A stretch of 64,000 bases of DNA from the human T2T-CHM13v2.0 reference genome, Homo sapiens, in assembly GCF_009914755.1 (NCBI RefSeq), contig NC_060935.1; one strand, 5' to 3'. The notes below the pieces were generated by a model. It was not told the DNA's origin, made no database searches, and saw only the letters and a list, made by a program, of their open reading frames with translations. Below are positions 52,734 through 64,000 of the stretch, one piece after another; the first letter of the stretch is position 1, and each line of letters begins with the position of its first letter. The position numbers and the translations under genes were made by a program.

Positions 52734-53138
52734 GGCCAGGTATGGTGGCTCAGACTTGTAATTCCAGCACTTTGGGAGGTAAAGGCAGGGGGCATTGCAT
52801 GAGCTCAGGAGTTCCAGACCAGCCTGGACAACATGGCAAAACCCCATCTCTAGAAAGAATACAAAAATTAGCTGGGTGTTGTGGCACATGCCTACAGTCA
52901 CAGCTGCTAGAATGTTGAAGTGAGAGGATTGCTTGAGCCCAGGAAGGTGAGGCTGCAGTGAGCTGAGATTATGCTACTGTACTCCAGCCTGGGTGACAGA
53001 GCAAGACCCTGTCTCAAAAAGAATAAAAAGAAAGAAAGAAAGAGAGAAAGAGAGGAAGAAAGAGAGAGAGAAACAGAAAGAAAGAAAGAAGGAAAGAAAG
53101 AAAGAAAAGAAAGAAGAAAGAAAGAAAGAAAGAAAGAG
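52734..53138 (+). mobile_element. AluJ with (GAAA)n-expanded tail
   Basis: ggattgcttgagcccaggaaggtgaggctgcagtgagct (AluJ); flanking 21-bp repeat gaaacttacagcagaaaaaga. Confidence 0.92.
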
Positions 53139-53316
53139 GAAACTTACAGCAGAAAAAGAAATGCTCTCAGTTCCCTCCTACGTCCCAAGATACTGTGAGC
53201 ATTTTTTCATTTTGGGGAGTGTCCATATTATCAAAAAACCTGGAAAAACTTTTTTCCCCTACTAATTTCCATTATACAAGTAGAGATTTTTGTTGTATAA
53301 TGGTGGCAAGCCAGAT

Positions 53317-53679
53317 TGATATTGCTTGGCTGTGTCCTCAACCAAAATCTCATGTTGAATTGTAATCCCTATAATCCCCATGTGAAGGGTAGGACCTGGT
53401 GGGAGGTATTTGAATCATGGGGGCACTTTCCCTTATGCTGTTCTCATGATAGTGAGCAAGTTCTCATGAGAGCTGATGATTTCATAAGCGTCTGGTATTT
53501 CCCCTGCTGGCACTCATTCTCTCCCCTGCCACTCTGTGAAGAGGTGCCTTCTTCCATGATTGTAAGTTTCCTGAGGCCTCCCTAGCTATGTGGAACTGTG
53601 AGTTAATTAAACCTCTTTTCTTTATAAATCACCCAGTCTTGGGTATTTCTTCATAGCAGCATGAGAATGGACTAATACA
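53317..53679 (+). mobile_element. THE1C-like solo LTR
   Basis: tgatattgcttggctgtgtcc...gagaatggactaataca; flanked by cagat (53312-53316 and 53682-53686). Confidence 0.88.
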
Positions 53680-54984
53680 CACAGATTTTCCAATAGGCTG
53701 ATCTACCAAATACTAGGGATAACATAGATTGTGGTAGGCAGCTTCATGGAAGTCTGGAAAGTGCTACTGATAGATTTCTGCTACTGTTGATATTTATCAG
53801 GGACCAGCAGTCATCTGACACTTGTGTACTGGGACCTCAAAATGTTTCCAGTCTGATGTTTCAACTTCTTGTTTTATTAATCCAGTTAAAAAAATCTGAA
53901 TATAATTTTATTTGAGCATTTGCACATAGAACAAAAAAAGTCTGTGTAATAAAGTGTCATTGATTTGATTTTGTTTCATTCCAAGTACTGCCTAAATTTA
54001 TCCATGTGTATTCCCAAATCACCCAACTAGAATTTCCTTATTTACAGTGTTAAATTAATCTATTGTATAGATGATATTGAAGTTGAAGGAAAAACCATAT
54101 CCCTGGAGTGCTTTCTCACACTTGCTGCATAATGAAAGTGGCAAATCAGATCTGTGAATTATTATTGTGTCTTGATAATAGAAAGAAGAAAAATTTGGTA
54201 CTAGAAATAATGTTCCATTATTTCCCAGCCTTCCTGTACTTTGGCCCCAAATATTACTGAACACTTTAAAAATCATTATTAAAGATTATTAAAATAACTA
54301 TTAAAAATGACTCACAAAATGTGCTATGGTTTCTGTTCTTTTAGATCAAAATCATACCTCTGATACTTCAATTCATGCTCATTCCAAGACATTTATTATT
54401 TCATTTGAATTTATCTGGTGCAAAATATTACAAGCCTGCAGTCTTGCTAAAGAACTTACATATTTGCCACCATTGTTTTTATTTTTTTAATTATTTTTAT
54501 ATCAATGGAATAATACACTGTGTGCTTTTCTATTATTTTATATCAGTGGAATAGCACACTGTGGGCTATTACTGTCCATTTGTTTTATTTCAGAGTAGAG
54601 ATATGTGCTTATACCATAGTCTGTTTATCTATTCACATCATATTGGACTTCTGAGTTGTGTCCTGATTTGGTCTATTACCTATAAAGTTAATAAAAACAT
54701 TTGTAAACAGTTCTATTTATGGGCATAGGTTTTATTTCTCTTGTATAAATATCTAAGAGTAGAATGGTTGGATCATATGATAGAGGGATGTTTAACTTTT
54801 TAAAAAACGAACAAACTGTTTTGCAAAGAGATTGTACTATTTAATATTTCCATCAACAGTCTATGGCTATAGCCTCTCAACACTTGATATGGTCAATGGT
54901 TTAAATTTTAAATACTCCAACAGATATTTAGGAGTATCAAATTGGGGTCTTAATTTATATTCCTCTTCTGGCTACTGAGATTGA

Positions 54985-55470
54985 GTATATATTATATATT
55001 TACATGTATACTTATATATATAGTTATATATATACTTATATATATAGTTATATATATACTTATATATATAGTTATATATATACTTATATATATAGTTATA
55101 TATATACTTATATATATAGTTATATATATACGTATATATATAGTTATATATATACTTATATATATAGTTATATATATATGTATATATAGTTATATATATA
55201 CTTATAGTTATATATACTTATAGTTATATATATAGTTATATATATACTTATAGTTATATATATACTTACATATAGTTATATATATACTTATATATAGTTA
55301 TATATACTTATATATAACTATATATAGTTATATATACAAGTATATATAACTATATATAGTTATATATACTTATATATAATTATATATATTATTATATATA
55401 TTTATATATATTATATATTATATTAAGATATATATTCAAATATATATTTATATATATTTATATATAATAC
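54985..55470. repeat. AT-rich minisatellite, ~24-bp unit tatatatacttatatatatagtta
   Basis: Tandem units visible directly; ORF track shows IYILIYIV 8-aa periodicity. Confidence 0.93.
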
Positions 55471-56237
55471 CTAAAAAAATATCCTTTTTTATGACCTGTA
55501 TATTTTGTTTGATAAAGAGTCTGTTCAAATATTTTGCTATTTTATTGGGTTGTTTATGTATAATTGAATTTTTTAAAATGTTTACATAAATCTGAATATA
55601 AGGCCCTTATTGTTTTCATGATTTGTAAATATTTTGTCTCAGTCTATAGATTTTCTTTTCATTCTCCTAATGTGTTTCAAACAGAAGAGTTTTTCACTTT
55701 TATAAAATTCAATTTATAAACCTTTTTTAAAATGAATTATACTTTTGAAATTATGTATAAGAGTTCTTTGGATACCCCAAAGTCATAAAGATTTTCTTTA
55801 TTTTTTTGTACAAGTTTAAAAGTTTTAAGTCTCATATTTAGGTCTGTGATCTGTTTTGAGTTGGTTTGTATAGATGGTGTGAAATATGGATCAACTCATA
55901 TATTTTTACATAAGGATATTTAATTATTCCTATACTTTTGGTTTAAAAGACTGTGATTTCTTGACTAAATGATGTTTGCATCTTGTCACAGATTAATTAA
56001 GCATACATGTGTTGGGCTATCTCTGAACTTTCAATTTTGTGCTATTGATAGGTCAATATGGTAGTGTCTTGAAATCAGCTAGTGTGATTCCTCCAGTTTT
56101 GTTCTTTTTCAAAATTGGTTAGGATACTCTAGGTCCTTTGTATTTCTATAATTATCTTAGAATCAGGATATTTTAGAGTCAGCCTCTCAGTTTCCAAGAA
56201 AGTGTAATTGAATTTTAATTAATATCATATTAAATAT

Positions 56238-56468
56238 TGTCTTTGTTCATTTTCTGTTGCTTATAATAGAATATCTGAAACCAGGTAAATTATTTTAAAA
56301 ATAAATTTATTTCTTAGAGTTACAGAGGCTGAGAAGTTGAAGGTCAAGGACTTGCATTTGGTGAGATCCTTCTTGCTGGTGGGGACTCTACAGAGTCTCC
56401 TCTCGAGGCAGTGCAGGGCATCACATGGCGAGGGGGCTGAGCGTGGTAGCTCAGGTCTCTTCCTCTTC
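56238..56468 (-). mobile_element. MSTC-like LTR, truncated
   Basis: ccttcttgctggtggggactctacagagtc...gcagggcatcacatggcgagggggctgagcgtggtagctcaggtctc. Confidence 0.8.
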
Positions 56469-57570
56469 AATCTTCAAGTGCTCGTATCCTTATTTTCTGT
56501 CTACTTGTTCTATCAATTATTGACATCAATTATTGAGGGACGTATATTGAAATATCTGACAATTGTGGACTTGTCTATTTTTCCTTGAGATCCTATTAGT
56601 TTGTGTATTTTTAATAGAATTTTAAAAGAGAAATTTAAAGTTCACAGCAAAATTGAGCAGAAAATACAGAGAATTTACACATATTCCTATTTCTTTACAT
56701 GCATGACCTCCCCCGTTATTAATGTCTCATGCCAAGGTTGTACATTTGTTAGAATCAATTAACCCATAGACACATAATTATCACCCCAAATCCATAGTTT
56801 ACATTAGGGTTCACTCTTGGTGTTGTACATTCTGTGGGTGTGGACAAAGGTATAATGACATGAATCCACCATTTTAGCGTCATACAAAATAGTTTTTGTG
56901 CCCTGAAAATCCTCTGTGCTCTGCCAATGTATCCCTCTCATTCCCTTAACCCCTAGAAAATAGTAATACTTTTACTGTCTCCATAGTTTTGCCTTTTCCA
57001 AGATGTCACACAGTTGGGACTCATACAGTATGTAGCCTTTTTAGGTTGGCTTCTTTCACTTAGTAACATGCATTTAAGGCTCTTCCATGTTTTTTTATGG
57101 CTTGAGAGCTCATCTCTTTATAGAGTTCAATAATATTCTATTGTATGGAAGCACCATAGTTCATTTATTCATTCACACTGAAAGGACATCTTGGTTGCTT
57201 TCAAGTTTTGACAATTAGGAATATAGTTATATACATCTGTGTACAGGTTTTTGTGTAGATGTAAGTTTTCAACTCCATTGCATAAATACTAAGGATATCA
57301 ATCTCAATACCAAAGAGCACTATGGATGGGTCATATGGTAAAACCATGGGTAGTTTTGTAAGAAATGGTCAAAATGTCTTCCAAAGTGGCCATACAATTT
57401 TTCATTTCTATCGGTAAAGAATGAGAGTTCCTTCTGCTCCATATCTTTGCCACTGTTTAGTGTTGTCAGTGTTCTGGATTTTGGTCATTGTAATAGGTAT
57501 GGAGTAGTACCTTGTTATGGTTTTAATTTACAATTTCTTAGAGATACATGCTGAGAATTTTTTCATATGA

Positions 57571-57907
<337 letters not shown>

Positions 57908-58629
57908 CTTTTTGTTTCATACAAGTATGTTATGAAATATGGCTTTTGCAATGTTTTCTCCAAATCTGTGCCTTGTCTTCTCATTCTCTTGATAGTGTTT
58001 TTAGAAGAGTATATAGTTTTTATTTTAATGAAGCCTATATTATTAATTAGTTTTTTCATGGATTGAAACTTTACTGTTTGGCAAAAAGTGATGGCCAAAC
58101 CCAAGGTTATTTAGATGTTTTCCTACGTTATAGTCTAAAGAGTTTTATAGTTGTGCATTTTACATTTAACTCTATAATGTATTTTGAGTTAATTTTTTAA
58201 AGGTTGTAAAGAATCTTTTTCTAGATTCGCTTTTTAACATGTGGATGTCGTTGTTCCAGCACCATTCCTTGAAGATTCTGTCTTGTTTCCATTCTATTGC
58301 CTTTAAACCTTTGTCAACGATCAGTTTGTGTAGGTCTATTTCTGGGATCTTTATTCTGTTCCATTGACCTATTTGTCTATTTTTTTCACCAAAAGCACCC
58401 TGTTTTGATTACTTCCTTTACAGTAAGTCTTGAAAATTCATAGTGTCAGTCTTTAAACTTTATTCTTTTTCAATATTATATTGACTATTATGAGTCTTTT
58501 GCTTCCTATGTAAATATTAGATTCAGTAAGCCAATATCCACCAAATGACTTGCTGAGATTTTTTGGGGTTCACATTGAACCTACAGATCAAGTAAGAAGA
58601 ACTAACATTTTGAAAATATTGAGTCTTCC

Positions 58630-59061
58630 CATGGAATCAACCCAAATGTCCATCAATGATAGACTAAATAAAGGAAATGTGGTACATATACACCGTGGAA
58701 TACTATGCAGCCATAAAAAGAAATGAAATTATGTCCTTTGCAGGGACATGGATGGAGCTGGAAGCCATTACTGTCAGCAAACTAACTCAGGAACAGAAAA
58801 CCAAACACTGTATGTTCTCACTTATAAGTGGAAGCTGAACAATGTGAACACAGACACAGGGAAGGGAACAACACACACTGGGGCCTGACGCAGTGGGAAA
58901 TGCATCAGGAAAAATAACTAATGCATGCTGGGCTTAATAACTAGGTGATGGGTTGATAGGTGCAGCAAATTACGACGGCACACATTTGCCTGTGTAACAA
59001 ACCTGCACTTTCTGCACATGTACCCTGGAACTTAAAATAAAAGTTACAGTTAAAAAAGAAA
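58630..59061 (+). mobile_element. L1PA13-like 3' end, 5'-truncated
   Basis: atggaatcaacccaaatgtccatcaatgatagac...gtaccctggaacttaaaataaaa; TSD gaaaatattga(gt/ac)cttcc at 58612-58629 and 59062-59079. Confidence 0.9.
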
Positions 59062-59083
59062 GAAAATATTGAACCTTCCTAAG

Positions 59084-61513
59084 TGTATTAGGCCATTCTT
59101 GAATTGCTGTAAAGACATACCTAAACTGAGTAATTTATAAAAAAAAAAGAGGTTTAATTGGCTCACTGTTCTGAAGGCTGTACAGGAAGCATAGCACCAG
59201 CATCTGCTTCTGGGGAGGCCTCAGAAAGCTGTTACTCATTGTAGAAGAAAAAGTAAGAACAGGTATGTCATGTGGTGAAAGTAAGACCTAGAGAGAGTGG
59301 GGGAGGAGACGTCACAGACTTAATCAGATCTTATGAGTGCTCACTCACTATGGCATAGACAGCTTCAAGCCTTGAGGGATCTGTCCCCACAACCAAAACG
59401 TTTCCCATCAAGTCTCACCTCCAACATTGAGGATTCCATTTCAACATGAGATTTGGGTGGGGACGAATATCCAAATTTTATTATTCTGGCCCCCTCTGCT
59501 AAATCTAATGTTCTTCTTACATTAAAAAATACAACCATGCCTTCCTAACAGTCCCTCAAAATCTTAACTCATTCTAGCATTAACTCAAAAGTCCAAAGTC
59601 TAAAGTCACATCTGGAATAAAGCAAATTCTTCCGCCTATGAGCCTGTACAATTAAAAACAAGTTATTTACTTTCAAGATACAATGCGGGTATAGGCATTG
59701 CGTAAATTGTCCCATTCCAAAAGGGAGAAATGTACCAAAGGACAGAGGCTACAGGTCCCATGCAAGTTCAAAACCCAGCAAGGCAGTAATTAAATCTTAA
59801 AGTTTCAAAATAATCTCTTTTGACTACATGTCCCACATCCAGGGCACATTGGTGCAGAGTGTGGGCTCTCAAGGCCTTAGGCAGCTCCATTCCTGTGGCT
59901 TTGCAGGGTTCAGCTTGTGTGGTTGCTTTCACACGTTGTTGAGTATCTGTGGCTTTTCCAGGCATAAGATGCAAGCCGCCAGTGCATCTATCATTCTTGG
60001 GTCTCATTCTTACAGCTCTTCTAGGCAGTGCCCTAGGAGGGCTCAGTGTTGAGCACTGCAACCCCACAATTCCCCTCTACAGTGCCCTGGTAGAGGATCT
60101 CTCTGAGGGATCTGCCCCCTGCAACAGGCTTCTGCTTGGGCACATAGACTTTCTCGTACATACATTAAAATCTAGGTGGAGGCTGCCAAGTCTTCACTTT
60201 GGTACTCTGCATGTTCACAGGCTTAACACTATGTGGAAGCCACCAAGGCTTATTGCTTGCACCATCTGGAGCTGGAGCTGTGGCCTGAGCTGTACTTGGG
60301 CCCCTTTGAGCCCATACTGGAGCTGGAGCTGGATCTGCTGGGATGTGAGAAGCAGTGTTCTGAGGCTGCATAGGGCAATGGGGCCCGGGACCTGGCCCAC
60401 AAAACTATTCCTCCCTCCTAGACCTCTGGGAATGTGATGGAGAGGCTGCTGTTAAGGTCTCTGAAATGCCTTCAAGGCCTTTTTCCCATTGTCTTGGCTA
60501 TTTGCACTTAGCTCCATTTTATTTTGCAAATTTCTCTAGCAAGTGGTTGCTCCACAGCCTGCTTGAATTCCTCTTCTGAAAATGTTTTTTTCTTTTCTAC
60601 AACATGGCCAGGCTGTCAATTTTCCAAATTTATACACTTCAATACCTCTTTAAATATAACCCAACTTTAAGTAATTCCTTTGCTCCTGAGTGTAGGCTGC
60701 TGGAAGTAGTCAGGTCACATCTTGAATGCTTTGCTGCTTAGAAATTTCTTTGACCAGGTACCCTATGTCATCCTTCTCAAGTTAAAAATTCCCCAGATCC
60801 CTAAGGCAAAAACAGAATGCAGCCAAGTTTTTTGCTAAGGCATAGCATGCACGACCTCTGCTCCAGTTTCTAATGAGTTTCTCCTTCCCATCTAAGACTT
60901 CATCAGCCTGGACTTCACTATCCATATCATTATCAGCATGTTGCTCACAACTGTTTAACAGGTCTCTATGAAGCTTCAAACTTTCCCTCATCTTTTGTCT
61001 TCTGAGCTCAACAAACTCTTCCAACCTCTGCCCATTACCCAGTTCCAAAGTTACTTCCACATTTTCAGGTACCTTTTTTTAGCAATGCCCCACTTCTTAG
61101 TACCAATGTTCTATATTAGGCCATTCTTGCATTGTTATAAAAAATACCTGTGACTGGGTAATTTATTTAAAAAGTAGGTTTAATTGGCTTATAGTTCTGC
61201 AGGTTGTAGAGGGAGCATGGTGCCAGTATCTGCTTCTGAGGAGGCCTCAGGGAGCTTTTACTCAGGGTGGAAGGTAAAGCAGGATTTTGCATGTTCTAGG
61301 GCAAAAGCAGAAGCAAGAAAAAGTGGGAAGGGGAGGTGCCACACACTTAATCAGCCAGATCTCACAAGTACACACTAATTATTGCAAGGACAGCTCTAAG
61401 CAATGAGAAATCTGATCCTATGAGCAAAGTATCTCCCACCAGGGCCCACCTCCCACATTGGGGATTATACTTCAACATGAGATTTTGGCAAGGACAAACA
61501 ACCAAACTATATC
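59084..61513 (-). mobile_element. Complete MSTA MaLR element: LTR 59084-59483, internal 59484-61111, LTR 61112-61513
   Basis: Two homologous LTRs (t[g/a]tattaggccattcttg...); internal ORF relic MEVTLELGNGQRLEEF..KMRESLKLHRDLLNSC (60782-61060). Confidence 0.92.
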
Positions 61514-62829
61514 ACTCTCCATGACATGTAATGTCTCCCCACTTATTTAGGTCTTTGATTGCTTCATTCAGATTTTTGTGGTTTTCCTCAAATATATTTT
61601 GTACATAGTTTGTTAAATTTATATCTAAGTATTCATTTTTTAATGGCTAATTTAAATGATATTATGTTCCTAAGTTCAAATTTCAACTGTTTATTATTGG
61701 TACACAAGAAAGCAATTAACTTTTAACTTGTTATTCTGTAACCTTGTTGCAATTTTTTTATTAGTTTGAGAAGTTTTATTGTTGACTCTTTGCAATTTTC
61801 TACATAGACCATCATGTCATCTGCAAGCAAATACAGTTTTATTTGTTCCTTCCCAATCTGTGTACCTGTTATTTCCTTTTCTTGTCTAATTGTTTTAGCT
61901 AAAACTTCCAGCCTAATGTTGAGAAGTGGAGAAAGGGAACATCCTTGCCTATTTCTGATCGTATCAAGAAAGTTTCAAATTTCTCACCATTCAGCATGAT
62001 GTTAGAGTTTTGTAGATTCTTTTCTTTTTTGGTCAAGTTAAGGAAGTTCCTTTCCATTCTTATTTGGCTGAGAAGGTCCTATTAGTTTTTTCTTCATGTA
62101 TTTTGAAGCTGTATTATTAAGTACACAATTCTTAACACTTTTATAATTACTGCTTGATGAATTGAACTTTTGCCATTATAAAATGTCTTTAATTTCAGGG
62201 GACTTTTTTCTTTTGCTTAGAAAGCTAAATTCCTTCATATTAATGTAGCTACCCCCCACTTTCCTATGACTTTAATACTGTAATCATTTTTCATTTGTTC
62301 ATTTATATTTAAAATGTGCTTTTTGTAGGCATTATACAATTGGATTCTACTTTGTCAACTCAGAATGACAATTCCCACCTTTTAATTATGGTATGTTGTT
62401 TATTTACATTTAATGTGATTATTGGTATGGTTAGATTCAATACTGTCATCTTACCATGTGTTTATTATTTGTCCTTTCTGTGCTCTGATTACTTTTCAGA
62501 AAAATTTAATGCCTCCTTTAGGATTAATAGAATATTCTTATGACAAAATTTTATTTCTTCTCTTTATCAGAAGCAGAAAATAATTATAATTATTTAAAAA
62601 TTATTTTAGTCATTGCTTTAGAGTTTATAGAATACTTACCTTACTTACTTACTTTATAGAATACTTACTTTTGAGTGATATTATGCCCTATCCCATATAG
62701 TATCAGAGCCTTACAAGAGTATAATTTCATTTCTCCTCTTTTCATCAAATTGGTATTATCATATATTACCTATCTATATAAGCCCTACAATATGTTGTTA
62801 TTATTATTGTTAGGTAGTTATTTTTTGTA

Positions 62830-64000
62830 TGTTAATCACATATCCTACAAACTTGCTGAACACATATATTAGTTCTAATCACTTTTTAATGAATGTATTA
62901 GCATTTCTAATATGTAGGATCATGTCATCTGAGAATAGACATAATTTTACATCTTGTTTTCCAATCTTTTCTATAATAAATACTTTAAATTTATTTTTCT
63001 TTCCAAATTCCCCTAGCTAGGGCCTCCAGTAAAATGTTGAATAGAAATAGTGAAAGCAGATATTTTTGTTTTCTTTCTGATCTTGGGAAGAACACATCTA
63101 GATTTTCATTAGTAAGTATGATGTTATATGTGTTTTTTTGTAGGTGTTCTTTATCAAGTTTTATTCTTAATTTATTCATTATGTTTTATCATGAAAGAAT
63201 GTTGGCTATTATCCAATGATTTCTTTGTTTCTATTGAGATAAATTTTTTTGTGTTATTGATATGGTGTATTAATTTATTTTCAGATGTTAAATCAATCTT
63301 GTACAGTTAAGATGAATTACACTTGCTCATCATCCGTAATTCTTTAAATATTTGCTGAATTTGGTTTGATAATACTTTAAAATTTTAGCATACATATTTC
63401 TAAAAGATTTTGGTGTAGATTTCTTATCTTGTGATGTCTTTGTCTGGTTTTGGTATCAGGGCAATCAAATGAGTTGGGAAGTGTTCCATCCTCTACTATT
63501 TTGGGGAAGAGTTTATAAATCATTGACATTCTTTTTCCTCCAAATATTTCATAAAATTCAGCAGTAAAGCCATTTGTATTTGGACTTTTCTTTGTGATAG
63601 GTTGTTGATTACTGAACAAATCTCCTTGCTAGTTATAGTTCTATTCAGAAAGGCAATTTCTTCTTGAGTTAGTTTTGGTAGTCTATATCTTTGTAGGAAT
63701 TTGTTCATTTTATCTAATTTATCTAATACATTGACATGCAATTGTTCATAATATTCCTTTTAATTCTTTTTATTTTCACAAGTTAGTAATAATATCTCAT
63801 TTCTTTTAGTTCTGATTCTACTAATTTGAGTTTTATTTATTTATTAATTCATCTTTTGGTCAATTCAACTAAAAATTTGTTTGATCTTTTTGGTTTTATT
63901 GATTTTATGATTGTGTTACTGGTTTTTTTCATGTATTTACACTAAACTTTATTATTTTCTTCTTCTTTTGGCTTTAAAATTAGCTTTTTCTTCTTTTTTC
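62830..64000 (-). mobile_element. Old L1 ORF2 relic
   Basis: ORFs 63377-63741: LDKMNKFLQRYRLPKLTQEEI..NRTITSKEI and KKSPNTNGFTAEFYEIF. Confidence 0.85.

Larger units (their letters stand above)
54490..56600 (-). mobile_element. Old L1 (L1MC/ME-type) 3'UTR/ORF2 relic
   Basis: tttatttctcttgtataaatatctaagagtagaatggttggatcatatg...; tttgttctttttcaaaattgg. Confidence 0.7.

Noticed and set aside
54981-55223. Periodic IYILIYIV 'protein'
   Set aside because: Artefact of the 24-bp minisatellite
59768-61060. ORFs of 92-162 aa
   Set aside because: They lie within MSTA internal sequence and are fragmentary gag-like relics or antisense chance ORFs

Overview
This is AT-rich, repeat-dense human genomic DNA. 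A near-consensus AluYa5 at 41754-42059 points to Homo sapiens. I find no supportable protein-coding exon, RNA gene, CpG island or CRISPR array. Most of the window is transposable-element debris: old L1/HAL1/L2/MIR, about 13 Alu/FLAM/FRAM copies, MaLR and ERV LTRs (including a full two-LTR MSTA element), hAT/Tigger MITEs, and a near full-length Tigger3 whose dead transposase still shows a readable DD32D triad. The ORF track consists of TE relics or chance ORFs. I see no evidence for a new multi-gene biological system. The most unusual observations are structural: (i) an AluY with an inverted 5' arm inside a single 12-bp TSD, the twin-priming geometry rarely seen in Alus; (ii) two locally templated insertions (~110 bp and 77 bp) copied into older repeats from nearby DNA; (iii) a young AluYa5 inserted 5 bp from that AluY's TSD, making a tight inverted pair; (iv) an AT minisatellite containing a perfect 34-bp palindrome. 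Repeat subfamily names come from recalled consensus sequences and need RepeatMasker/Dfam confirmation. Boundaries of old elements are approximate.
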